DNA of 64,000 nt from Podarcis gaigeae. Lineage: Eukaryota. The DNA lies in NCBI GenBank assembly GCA_964106915.2, contig OZ066925.1. The stretch is one strand, 5' to 3'. This document shows positions 1 through 12,059 of the stretch, piece by piece. Every line of letters starts with the position of its first letter. Position 1 is the first letter of the stretch. A program made the translations under genes and the position numbers. Below the pieces are notes generated by a model. That model saw only the letters and a list, made by a program, of their open reading frames with translations, made no database searches and was not told where the DNA came from.

Positions 1-110
1 GATTAAGCAAACTTCTGTGCAGGTTGCCAGAGGAGGGAGTCAGGCTGCGCCCTGACCAAAAGCCTGGTGGAACAACTCTGTCTTGCAGGCCCTGCGGAAA
101 GATGTCAGGT

Positions 111-1000
111 GAGTTGGAAGAGAGTTGGAAGAGACCACAAGGGCCATCGAGTCCAACCCCCTGCCAAGCAGGAAACACCATCAGAGCACTCCTGACATAT
201 GGTTGTCAAGCCTCTGCTTCAAGACCTCCAAAGAAGGAGACTCCACCACACTCCTTGGCAGCAAATTCCACTGTCAAACAGCTCTTACTGTCAGGAAGTT
301 CTTCCTAATGTTTAGGTGGAATCTTCTTTCTGTAGTTTGGATCCATTGCTCCGTGTCCGCTTCTCTGGAGCAGCAGAAAACAACCTTTCTCCCTCCTCTA
401 TGTGACATCCTTTTATATATTTGAACATGGCTATCATATCACCCCTTAACCTCCTCTTCTCCAGGCTAAACATGCCCAGCTCCCTTAGCCGTTCCTCATA
501 AGGCATCGTTTCCAGGCCTTTGACCATTTTGGTTGCCCTCCTCTGGACACGTTCCAGTTTGTCAGTGTCCTTCTTGAACTGTGGTGCCCAGAACTGGACA
601 CAGTACTCCAGGTGAGGTCTTACCAGAGCAGAATACAGTGGCACTATTACTTCCCTTGATCTAGATGCTATACTCCTATTGATGCAGCCCAGAATTGCAT
701 TGGCTTTTTTAGCTGCCGCGTCACACTGTTGGCTCATGTCAAGTTTGTGGTCAACCAAGACTGCTAGATCCTTTTCACATGTACTGCTCTCAAGCCAGGT
801 GTCACCCATCTTGTATTTGTGCCTCTCATTTTTTTTGCCCAAGTGCAATACTTTACATTTCTCCCTGTTAAAATTCATCTTGTTTGTTTTGGCCCAGTTC
901 TCTAATCTGTCAAGGTCGTTTTGAAGTGTGATCCTGTCCTCTGGGGTGTTAGCCACCCCTCCCAGTTTGGTGTCATCTGCAAATTTGATCAGGATGCCCT
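111..1000 (-). mobile_element. CR1 LINE, 5'-truncated 3' portion (young)
   Basis: ORF 312..956(-) encodes the CR1 RT C-terminus ([55 protein letters not shown]). It is followed by a CR1 3' UTR that matches the copy at 24454-24558. Confidence 0.95.
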
Positions 1001-1707
1001 AACCAGCTTGGCTAAAGGAGTTGATGTAAATCTGCGTTGTCATTTGCAAGTGGGCCAGAGGCCCCTGATACAGGCCTCAAAAATCCTGCTGGCAGCCCTG
1101 GTTTCAACCTTGCCCTACAGTTCGTTCCCTTTCATTTCCAGAAGTGAACAAGATAATGCAGGCACCAAATACCTTGACCAAATAGTGACTAACATGAAAT
1201 CCAGTTCTTTGTTTTAATAGATAAATTACAGGGGTTCCTTCTACTTTCTTCACAGGAAGAAAAGATGTAATGTCTCTGCCTGCAACTCATTTTCCCTTTT
1301 CTATATAGTACAACATGTTATATGGTCAACCAATCACACAACTGCTGTGTTGCTCAAATAATTACTCAATTAGTACCCTTGGTGCTTCTAGGAGTCTATT
1401 ACTCAAAAGTGTAATCAATTTCATAGAGCTTGCTCTGTTTAGTACTTACTTTACAAAAGAGTCTTGTCACCTGCTCTTTTTAAAGCCATCTCTCTCCCAG
1501 CACTTCACACAAGCTCCCTCCCCCACGGTGCTCTTCCATGATATGTGTGTAAAATACCACAGCCACATGGGCATGGTTAAGTTCACCCCATTCAGTTGTC
1601 ACTTTCCCTCCATGTAGGGCAATCCTTAGATGGTCCCATTCATGTGGTTGCAGTATTCACAATATTTTAGTACAGAGCCTAGCACGTATCAGGCAATTCA
1701 GCAAAGA

Positions 1708-2203
1708 GTAGAATTAGAATTATAGAGTTGTAGAGTTGGAAGAGATCTCAAGGGTCATCTAGTCCAACTGCCTGCAATGCAGGAATCTCAACTAAAGAAT
1801 CCAGAACTGATGGCCATCCATCCTATGCTTAAGAACCTCCAAGGAAGGAGAAGCCACCACATTCTGTTCCACTGTCAAACAGCTCTTGCTATCAGAAAGT
1901 TCTTCCTGATGTTTAACTGGAATCTCCATTTTTGTAACTTGAATCCATTGCTATGGACCCTACGCTTCAGAGCAGGAGAAAACAAGCTTGCTCCATCTTC
2001 TTTCTATGGGACAGCCCTTGAGATATTGGAAGATGGCTGTCATATCTCCTTTCTAAGTCTCCTCTTTTCCAGGCTAAACATACCCAGCTCCTTCAACCAT
2101 ACCTCATAAGGTTTGGCTTCCAGACCCTTGATCATCTTGGTCAGCCTCCTCTGCACACGTTCCAGCTTGTCAATGTCCTTCTTAAATCATGGTGCCCAGA
2201 ACA
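1708..2203 (-). mobile_element. CR1 LINE 3' fragment (older, diverged)
   Basis: Collinear similarity to 111-600 (ttccactgtcaaacagctctt, ttcttcctgatgttta, ccaggctaaacatacccagctcc, ggtgcccagaac); degenerate tagaat tail. Confidence 0.85.
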
Positions 2204-2339
2204 GGGCAGAACAGGGCAGGATGTACTTATGCATTCACATGTTGGTCAGATCTACACCTGCATTGTTTGAGGAGGACTGGTCCAATACATTACTTACCTG
2301 AGGAAGGATAGAAATGAATGCCCTGAAGTCAAGGTAAAA

Positions 2340-3430
2340 ACAACAACAAATCGAATACCCTTATTGGCATCACAGTATAAAACATTTCAAGTCACTGGAA
2401 TAATTAAAAGAACAAGGGTGAAGCTGTCGCCCTGTCTGTTCCCCAGAAGGATGGATCACTGGGAAACCTTTTGGTTAAGATTGTGGCTAAAAATGAGGCT
2501 ACTAAAGCCTCATTTGTCCCAATCTGCCAGGAGAAACCTCATTTGACTTCTTCTCGGAGTTATAGGCTGGAAGTCCAACATTTTCCTCAGCATCAGTTGG
2601 CGAGGTCTGCTGTGTAGAGAGCAAACTAAGAGAATGTGGTCCATTGAATCAGGTACTCCTTGGTTGCAGGCACACAAACAGGCTTGATATGGAGTATGTG
2701 AGAATCTGCCTGTAAGGTCACTGCGGAAGGGAAAGCATTTAATCTCATGAACATAAAGGCTCTTCAATGGGAGGGGAGTAGTAGATATTTGGCACAGGTT
2801 CCATAGGATGTCGTAATACCTAAGGCTCCGGAGAACAGGATCTCGGAGTATGAAGTAACAAGCACTGTCTTTGGTAGTCGTAGAGTCGCTACTCGATTAT
2901 TTGGAATATGTAACTTGCGTCACATGCTTCAAGGCTCTCGAGAGCAATGCCCAAACTACGAATTTTATCTTGAATTGCTCTATACCATCTAGATGAAATG
3001 CGGTCTTCAAGCACAGAGGTTAAGAAGGAGTTAGCTGTTGTTCTAAAGTGGACTTTCAGCCAGGCCTTGGTTGTAGTCAGCCATGCTTTGGTTTCCATCA
3101 GATGTTGACCGGTTTCAACACATAAGGCTAAGTAACTTATACATTTAGGGGCACCAAGGATCTTACAAAGAAAAGTTGCTTGAATTTGTTCAACTTCTCT
3201 ATTAAATGCTTGTATCCAAATTGGAATGCTGTACAATAATTGAGAAAGGACCTTGGCATTAAAAATATTTATTGTAGCGGGACCATCTGCTTGCATCTGA
3301 GGAAGAAAAAATGAAGAATCGCAGATCTGGTGCATTTTGCTTGGATGATCATTCGGCGCCTGTGTGTTGTTCAGTTTAAATTTGACTGGTAGGTATCCCT
3401 AGGTATTTGAAAGATTTTACCTGGTCAGTG
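2340..3430 (-). mobile_element. RTE-X-like non-LTR retrotransposon, 3' fragment
   Basis: ORF 2889..3335(-) resembles an RT thumb/C-terminal region (IFNAKVLSQLLYSIPIW..QATFLCKILG..ETG). ORF 2510..2767(-) has a CCHC-like knuckle (CAC..DSMDHILLVC). The minus strand ends in tgatgccaataa followed by a (TTG)n-like tail near 2340-2372. Confidence 0.7.
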
Positions 3431-3602
3431 GGGTATAATACCCAAAGCTGGTGAAGCTATTTTGGCAACTGGGGCAGAAAATCCCACAAGTGCCTCTCCC
3501 TGGCAGTACTAAATTTAATAACAATTTTCTGCCCTTTCATGACTCTCAAAACCAGGCCACTCCTCTGCTCTTTATGTACTGAGACTTGTGTGCCCAACCA
3601 TA

Positions 3603-3966
3603 AAGGTAAAGGTAAAGGTACCCCTGCCCGTACGGGCCAGTCTTGCCAGACTCTGGGGTTGTGCGCCCATCTCACTTAAGAGGCCAGGGGCCAGCGCTGT
3701 CCGAAGACACTTCCGGGTCACGTGGCCAGCGTGACATTGCTGCTCTGGCGAGCCAGAGCTGCACACGGAAACACCATTTACCTTCCCGCTGGTAAGCGGT
3801 CCCTATTTATCTACTTGCACCCGAGGGTGCTTTCGAACTGCTAGGTTGGCAGGCGCTGGGACCGAGCAGCGGGAGCGCACCCCGCCGCAGGGATTCGAAC
3901 CGCCGACCTTTCGATCGGCAAGCCCTAGGCGCTGAGGCATTTACCCACAGTGCCACCCGCGTCCCC
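3603..3966 (-). mobile_element. Sauria SINE (young subfamily), full length
   Basis: (ACCTTT)n tail, tRNA-like B box (GGTTCGAATCC on minus strand), near identity to 51823-52187 and 59254-59612. The TSD tgtgcccaaccata (3589-3602 / 4093-4106) also encloses an extra 126 bp. Confidence 0.93.
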
Positions 3967-6002
3967 AGCTCACCTGGCTGGCGCTCATGCCCCCCCGGTG
4001 GCCGTCCAACCAGGTGCCGTGGGGGGGGCGTGTCCAGCAGCCTTGATGCTGCAGCGTCAGCCTCTCCCCGGCCTCATTTCTCTTCGTCGTCCTGTGCCCA
4101 ACCATAGGATTCTGTATATTTCAACATCTGTCTAGCACTGAAATTACTGGTCTTTGAACCAGTGTTTTCTATTCTCTTAGAAATGATGGAGGCCTAAATA
4201 CAGGTCCTTGCTGTGTCCTTTTATGTTTCATAACGGAAAAACAAAATCAAGCTTGTGTTCTTTAAGGCATGATACATCTAAGACCTAATTTGCTTTGTGT
4301 TCCCTTGCTGCATTTAATTTAATTTATTGGAAGCAAATTAATGAAGAATGATCAAATAATTTTAAAAATGGAAATAGAAGCAAATGAATGAAACAAATCA
4401 ACAGAGGGAAATAAAAAGAGGTTGATTGCTATAGTTCACAGGATAATTCCCATTTTAATTACATTAATCCTAATTGTTAGTACAGAGATAACGGAAAATG
4501 TATCACTTTGTAACAGAGGAGTAAGTTATGGAGGAGAAACAGATGGAAACATAACTATTGAGTTCAAATTCAATGTCAGACTCACTTTAAGAATTTCAAT
4601 CATTAGCACTGAGTGCCCACAACCGAAGGAATTGCAAGTATGCATTTAAAGTTAATTATTTAGGCAACATTGATTATACATTAGTGACTAGTGGAGTGCT
4701 TTCCCGTGGAAATGGCTGCAAAGCAAGGGAGAGCTGGCAAATAAGCCCCATGGACCAATGGTATCCTATCAGAAGGATGCAGCATTTGGGTGGAACTGCT
4801 GAGTTTATGAAGTACCCCCACAACCCCATCACAACACTGAGAAACATCACAGGCAGGCTGCAGCAAGTCAGTTATCAGGAGAGATCAAGGCTAAAAGAAT
4901 TCATCCCGGTGATCAAAACATAAAAAAACCTCCAGCAATCCCAGCAAAGGTAGCTCAGTATTTCCTTAGCTTCTGCCATAGGCTGAGTGCACACACACAT
5001 GAATCAGAGCCATGAGAAACACATTGGTCATACTCAGAGTAGGCCCCTTGAAATCTGTAGACCTCCTGTGAGAAGCATTTAGTTGGATTTCTCCCTTCAA
5101 TTTTTGACATTCAAAAACAATCAGCATTATCAAGGCCAGTGCTTTTTTTCACGGGGGACTCAAGGAAATGTTGTGTGACCTTTTGCAGCAGTTATAAACA
5201 CTTTTGCAGCACTTTTGCAGCAGTTATAAAATGCTTCCAATTAGTAATGTGAAGAAATTGGGGACCTTAGTTCTGAGCCTCACAGATTGTGTATATGTGT
5301 GATAATGTTCGCAGAACTTTGGCATAGGGAGACTGACCCATTCATTTCAATGGAGCCAGAAGAGAAATCCAAATGAAGGAAATGATGCAGGGGGTTTGCT
5401 CCCTCCATGGAAATGAATGGGGAAGACTTTGTGGGCTGTGGCAACTATAGCTGGAACAAATCTCTAGATCAGAGCAAGAAACTCTTTTCAATTCAGACTA
5501 GTTAGAGATTGATAGTTCAGGTCCTTGTTTATATTTGGTAGCCCCCCGCTATTAAAACAAAACAGCTGTGAAATACAATTAAAATTAAGGGAACTATGAA
5601 TGAAAAATTGGGAGTTTTTTCCAAGCAGCATGAAATCCCATCATATGAGAGGAGTAACACATTGCAGCTGCTGATAATTAAAGAATCTGCTATTACTATC
5701 ATTGTGCTTGGAGTTTTCTCTCACTCCAAACATGCTACTTTGTCTCCCTCCAGGTCATTTTGTAATTTTAGTGAAAGTCCAAGAGCTGCAGGCATTTCAT
5801 TATGTACTTAAACGTCTAGATCTACTGTGTATACATTGCCTACCTATGGATCTCTTTGCAAATTAAATTAATCTTTGGTAATGGTCTCAGAGGATTAGCC
5901 ATGGAAAGGGCAATAGAATTACTGTGTTTTCATAGAAGTGGATAAAAATATGAAGCATGTTGAATGTGTGTCTATGTTAGGCTTTGGTAGAGCAAAAGAA
6001 AC

Positions 6003-6072
6003 GGCTGCCAGTCTGGGTAGAGAGCACTGAACTAGATGGGCCAATGGCTTGGCTCTGTATAAGGCAGCTTTC
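6003..6072 (+). mobile_element. Degenerate 3' part of a Squam3-like (CR1-tailed) SINE
   Basis: gctgccagtc..gtaga..actgaactagatgggccaatgg..ctgtataaggcagctt resembles the recalled Squam3 3' end. Confidence 0.5.
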
Positions 6073-6084
6073 AGTGCTCCTTCT

Positions 6085-6757
6085 GGGGACGCTTGTCCAC
6101 CTGTGGTCCCCACCCTGCACTCAGCTCTCACCTGCGGCTTCTTGATGCTGTCACTATGTGGCAGCTGCCACACCCTGGGGAAAAGGTTCAGCTGGCTGGT
6201 TTAGCACCAGGTGAGGGTAGCCGATGGGTCTCAAACCCTGTGAGTTAGGGATTTCACCAGCATGCGAAGACAGGCTCTGATGGATTGAGAGGATGAGACC
6301 AAGAGTGGATCCAATGGTCAAGAAGGCAGTTTCTGCATGTGCTATAGAGGGAAGTGAGGGCTCATCAACGTAGGAAGGGAGCCCATCTAGGAGAAGGAAT
6401 ACTCTGGTCCTCAACCACCATTGCTTGCGGGATATCTTCAGGAGAAGAAAAGGCTCAGGAGTAAACCCTACACAAATCCGGAGTGGAGATCCTAAGGCAG
6501 TTGGATAGCACCTTGTACACCTCCTTCTGGAAACTCCTGCAGCCAAGCTGGTGCCAAATGTTTTGCTCTGCTTTCCTTTGGACCACGTCAGTGCAGCCGG
6601 GAGGGAGTCTTGATATCTGGGCAACCCAGGACCTCCATACACATGGCCCAGGCTTGCGCCCCAGAGATGTCACTTTGGTGCTGCAAACGCAGCAGTTTGA
6701 CATCACCCCTGGAGGCGTACTCCATTGTCTCTCAAGACAGATGGATGCCAACAACAA
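6085..6757 (+). mobile_element. Non-autonomous bipartite RTE-clade retroelement (RTE 5' UTR joined to RTE-type 3' end)
   Basis: The 5' part resembles RTE 5' UTRs (ctctcacctg..ccacaccc..caggtgagggtagccgatggg..gtgagttaggg). The element ends in ctcaagacagatggatgccaacaacaa with a short (CAA)n tail and has no RT ORF. Homologous copies lie at 25752-26137 and 60420-60640. Confidence 0.65.
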
Positions 6758-8047
6758 GGATTCAAAGTTGTACTTCCTCCAAATGTGGAGAGCCTTTTTT
6801 TTCTTAGGTTTAGCTATCATAACTAACAGCTCTTGCATTTCCAAGTTTGTCTAATCCTTCATTAGTTTGTTTAAGCCTGCCATTCCATTTTGTGCCAAGT
6901 TATTGAAGATGTGCCTGCTTTTGTGTGTGAATCACCTTTCACTACTTGTTTTATGTGCCATGGCTTTCCTGTAAAGAATATCAGGGGAACAGCAGATCTT
7001 GGGACAGTGGTTCTCAGACTTCTCTGTAAAGAGGGATGCATTCTGCAATGTACTGTAGTGTAGATCTGTCCATGAGTTCAAGATGGTGTGTAATTCCTAA
7101 GAAAGGGACATAGCATCTGGGCCAAACACAAGTATATTGATTTTCTCAGAAGGAAATAGCTTTTCAATGCTAGCAATAAGAAAGGGAACAAAGATTTGCT
7201 GTCAGATTGCTGTCTTAACCACTCCAAGTTGGCAGCATGTAGTGACCAAATGAACAAACATGTTTAGGTCACCTCCACTCACTCGGATGAATGTCCGTGG
7301 TCCTGCTGGTCTCCATCATTCTGTTGACATGTCTGCCTTTACAGCCTCTGATAGGCTTGCCAAAACAAAAGCAACAACCCTTTCTTATTTTATCAAGAAA
7401 AGAACAGCCCAAATGTCTTGACCCAGCAGATGCCCCTGCTGTTCTTTTGGGTCATTTCCTCGGCCTGTTTATAGAACTGAATTGTTTATTGTCAGGAGTC
7501 CAGCAGTAGAAGCATTTCATGGTTTCTCCTGCCTATTATTGTTTTTGTCATATTGATTTTTATTACCTGAAATGTATGTCATTAGATTCTTGTTAAAAAA
7601 GAGATGTGAAGCAGCATTTCTTGGGTGATGGTTTCAGATAATAAATTTTAAGAGATGTTAGAAGAACAGTATGTTTGTGTTAAAAAAACTAGCATACAGC
7701 GTGCCTTTTTCCATTATCTTATTGCCCCTTTCCTCCACACAGGCATGGATGAAGGAGAAGAATTTGATACTTAGTACCACCCATTTTTATTTTTATTTTA
7801 AATCTAATTACTGTAATGTGTAAGTAGGATGGGAAATAGCAGCAAATTGAGTTGTTTCACTTATAATCTTGCCAGCGGGGGGCAGCGTTTCTGGGGGGGG
7901 AGAGACTTGAGCTGCCCTTTTCCCTCCAGTTAAATAAGGTTCCCTTCTCTCATTCTGAATATCCTCCTCCTCCTTGACCATGGTCCGACAGTGCTCCTGC
8001 CCTCAATGGGCAGTGGTAAATCATGTCCTCCATCATGGAGAGCCATG

Positions 8048-8865
8048 TGTTGCGGGGAGATCACCTAAACTGCCTCCTTGTTGCTGGGGTGGGCCTGATT
8101 GGATGACCACTGAACCCCATTGGCTGCACCTCTGTTGCTGGGGTAGAAAATTGGGCTGTTTGGGCTTTGATTGGAGTATGAGGGGCTATTGAAGGTGCTG
8201 CACGATGCGTGGAGCTTTCTCTTTTGCATCGTGCAGCGGATCCCCACCCTCCCGCCCTCCCTCCCTATAATTTTAGGTTGTCTTTTTGACCTTGCTATAC
8301 CTGTCTAGGAGTTGTCTGCTTTTGGAGCAGGGGCCTGGTAGGAATTTTGCCACTTGGCTGATTGGCTGGTGCTATTTGGTTTTTGCCTACCATGTAGCAA
8401 ATCATCACAACTTTGTAAGGTTGGCAGTTAGGCAACTGGTTCATTGTTCATTGGTTCATTGTTTTGTGGAGGGGATATGGTTGGCTGTGCCTACCCCACA
8501 TCTTGCTGCTGCTGCTAGAGAATTCTATTAAAGAAATCCAGGGGCTCAATTTGCTCTGTCCAATCCCCTCTCAGGGCTAGGGCCATGCCAGAGTCCCTGG
8601 GAGCATCCGGGGTGAACTAAGAGACGGAAATCCGCCTCTGTGCTCCCCCAGTGTGTTTTCCCTTACTGACCTCTGGTGGTGTCCAGTTGTCAGCCCTGTT
8701 CCTGCCTGAGCGCAGGTTCAGGTAGTCCGAACCAATGCTTAAGCAACCACTCACATGCTGTAGTCAATAAAGTTGTAGCCAAATTAATGCCAAAAACCTA
8801 AACAAATATTCTGTGTCTATTGTGATTTATTTCGGTGGTGGTTTGGTGGTCTTCACACGCAAACA
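8048..8865 (+). mobile_element. LTR-like solo element, DIRS/Ngaro-type signature
   Basis: TGTT..AACA imperfect inverted termini (tgttgcggggagatcacc / ggtggtcttcacacgcaaaca), several ATTGG (CCAAT) boxes, a cccaccctcccgccctccctccc tract, and aataaagttgtagcc at 8766; no TSD seen. Confidence 0.5.
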
Positions 8866-9051
8866 AGCTGCTAGATATGAACCAATAAGTAGGTTTGTCA
8901 CAGAAATTTGTCACAGAAATTTAGCGGTTTCTTCTCATGTAATGAATTCAGAAAAGTAATGAAAATTTCAAAGCCAAAAGAATGTTGATACAAAATGTAA
9001 TTAGCACAAGTTGGAATCCTGTGAGAATTCACATAGGCTAAGCATTCCTTC

Positions 9052-12000
9052 CTTTCCCCCTTCATGGGTCACTGCCTTGCCATGGCGAAGGGGCTTGAAT
9101 AACTCAGAGAAGCTATGAACTATGCCGAGCAGGGCACCCAAGATGGACAGGACATAGTGGAGACTTTTGACCAAACGTGATCCACCTGGAGGAGGAACCG
9201 GCAAGCCACTCCAGTATCCCTGCCAAGAAAACTCCATGGACAAAGACAACAGGCATATAAAGGTTGTGACGCTGGAAGATGAGCCCCTCAGGTCGGAAGG
9301 CGTCCAACATGCTGCTGAGGAAGAGGGGAGGACAAATAAAAGTAGATTCAGAGCTGATGAAGCGGCTGGGTCGCTCAGTTGCAGATATGCCTGGAAGCGA
9401 AAGGAAAGTCCAATGCTGTAAAGAAAAATATTGCATAGGAACCTGGAATGTAAGAACCATGAACCTGGGTAAGTTGGATGTGGTCATAAATGAGATGGCA
9501 AGAATAAATATTGACATCCTGGGCATCAGTGAACTAAAATGGATGGGAATGGGCAAATTCAGTTCAGATGACCATCATATCTACTACTGTGGGCAAGAAA
9601 CCCGTAAAAGAAATGGAGTGGCCCTCATAGTCAACAAAAGAGTGGCGAAAGCTATACTGGGATGCAATCTCAAAAATGATAGAATGATCTCGATACGAAA
9701 CCAAGGCAGACCTTTTAACATCACAATAATCCAAGCTTATGCACCAACTACTGGTGCTGAAGAAACTGAAATTGACCAATTCTATGAAGACTTACAACAC
9801 CTTCTAGAAATGACACCAAAGAAGGATGTTCTTCTCATTATAGGGGATTGGAATGCTAAAGTAGGGAGTCAAGAGATAAAAGGAACAACTGGCAAGTTTG
9901 GCGTTGGAGTTCAAAATGAAGCAGGGCAAAGGTTAATAGAGTTCTGCCAAGAGAACAAGCTGGTCATCACAAACACTCTTTTCCAACAACACAAGAGACG
10001 ACTCTACACATGGACATCACCAGATGGGCAGCATCGAAAACAGATTGATTATATTCTCTGCAGTCAAAGATGGAGAAGCTCTATACAGTCAGCAAAAACA
10101 AGACCTGGAGCTGACTGTGGCTCAGATCATCAGCTTCTTATAGCAAAATTCAAGCTTAAACTGAAGAAAGTAGGAAAAACCACTGGGCCGGTAAGATACA
10201 ATCTAAGTCAAATCCCTTATGAATACACAGTGGAAGTGAGGAACAGGTTTAAGGATTTAGATTTGGTGGACAGAGTGCCTGAAGAACTATGGGTGGAGGC
10301 TCGCAACATTATACAGGAGGCAGCAACGAAAACCATCCCAATGAAAAGGAAATGCAAGAAAGCAAAGTGGCTGTCCAATGAGGCCTTACAAATATCAGGG
10401 GAGAGAAGGCAAGCAAAATGTGAGGGAGATAGTGAAAGATACAGGAAATTGAATGCAGATTTCCAAAGAACAGCAAGGAGAGACAAGAAGGCCTTCTTAA
10501 ACGAGCAATGCAAAGAAGTAGAGGAAAATAATAGAATGGGAAAAACCAGAGATCTGTTCAAGAAAATTGGGGATATGAAAGGAACATTTCGTACAAAGAT
10601 TACCATAATAAAGGACAAAAGTGGTGAGGACCTAACAGAAGCAGAAGACATCAAGAAGAGGTGGCAAGAATACACAGAGGAATTATACCAGAAAGATATG
10701 GATGTCTCGTACACCCCAGGTAGTGTGGTTGCTGACCTTGAGCCAGACATCCTGGAGAGTGAAGTCAAATGGGCCTTAGAAAGCACTGCAAATAACAAGG
10801 CCAGTGGAAGTGATGGTATTCCAGCTGAACTATTTAAAATTTTAAAAGATGATGCTGTTAAGGTGCTATACTCAATATGCCAGCAAATTTGGAAAACTCA
10901 GCAGTGGCCAGAGGATCGGAGAAGATCAGTCTACATCCCAATCCCAAAGAAGGGCAGTGCCAAATAATGCCCCAATTACCGCACAATTGCACTCATTTCA
11001 CACACTAGCAAGGTTATGCTTAAAATTCTACAAGGCAGACTTAAGCAGTATGTGGACCGAGAACTCCCAGAAGTGCAAGCTGGATTTAGAAGAGGCAGAG
11101 GAATCAGAGACCAAATTGCAAACATGCACTGGATTATGGAGAAAGCTAGAGAGTTCCAGAAAGACATCTACTTCTGCTTCATTGACTATGCAAAAGCCTT
11201 TGACTGTGTCGACCACAGCAAACTATGGCAAGTTCTTAAAGAAATGGGAGTGCCTGATCAACTCATCTGCTTCCTGAGAAATCTCTATGTGGGACAAGAA
11301 GCTACAGTTAGAACTGGATATGGAACAACTGATTGGTTCAAAATTGGGAAAGGAGTACGGCAAGGCTGTATATTGTCTCCCTGCTTATTTAACTTATATG
11401 CAGAATTCATCATATGAAAGGCTGGGCTGGATGAATCCCAAGACGGAATTAAGATTGCCGGAAGAAATATCAACAACCTCAGATATGCAGATGACACAAC
11501 CTTGATGGCAGAAAGTGAGGAGGAATTAAAGAAACTTTTAATGAGGGTGAAAGAGGAGAGTGCAAAATATGGTCTGAAGCTCAACATCAAAAAAACAAAG
11601 ATCATGGCCACTGGGCCCATCACCTCCTGGCAAATAGAAGGGGAAGAAATGGAGGCAGTGAGAGATTTTACTTTATTGGGCTCCATGATCACTGCAGATG
11701 GTGACAGCAGCCATGAAATTAAAAGACTCCTGCTTCTTGTGAGAAAAGCAATGACAAACCTAGACAGCATCTTAAAAAGCAGAGACATCACCTTGCCAAC
11801 AAAGGTCTGTATAGTTAAAGCAATGGTTTTCCCAGTAGTGATGTATGGAAGTGAGAGCTGGACCATAAAGACTCCCTGGAAAAGACCCTGATGCTGGGAA
11901 AGATTGAGGGCACAAGGAGAAGGGGACAACAGAGGACGAGATGGTTGGACAGTGTTCTCGAAGCTACCAATCAAACTGCGGGAGGCAGTGGAAGACAGGA

Positions 12001-12059
12001 GTGCCTGGCGTGCTCTGGTCCAGGGGGTCATGAAGAGTCGGACACGACTAAACAGCAAC
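9052..12059 (+). mobile_element. BovB (RTE clade) LINE, near full length
   Basis: Bov-A-like 5' UTR, single APE+RT reading frame, 3' end gagtcggacacgactaaacagcaacaa, 12-bp TSD aagcattccttc (9040-9051 / 12060-12071). Confidence 0.97.
9279..11990 (+). pseudogene. BovB endonuclease/reverse transcriptase ORF, disrupted
   Basis: APE motifs (GTWNVRTM, GISELKW, QAYAPT, GDWNAKVG, IDYIL, SDH) in 9279..10967. RT motifs (AGFRRGRG, FIDYAKAFDCVDH, QGCILSP, YADD at 11484-11495) continue in the same frame across stops at 10965-10967 and 11415-11417. A frameshifting deletion follows at ~11870. Confidence 0.95.

Noticed and set aside
5180-5230. Short tandem duplications (also 8893-8922 and 63571-63640)
   Set aside because: Ordinary slippage products with no repeat-spacer architecture, so not CRISPR-like.
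9354-9405. CTGATGA..CGAAAG in BovB as a hammerhead
   Set aside because: No consistent stems; it is ordinary BovB leader sequence.
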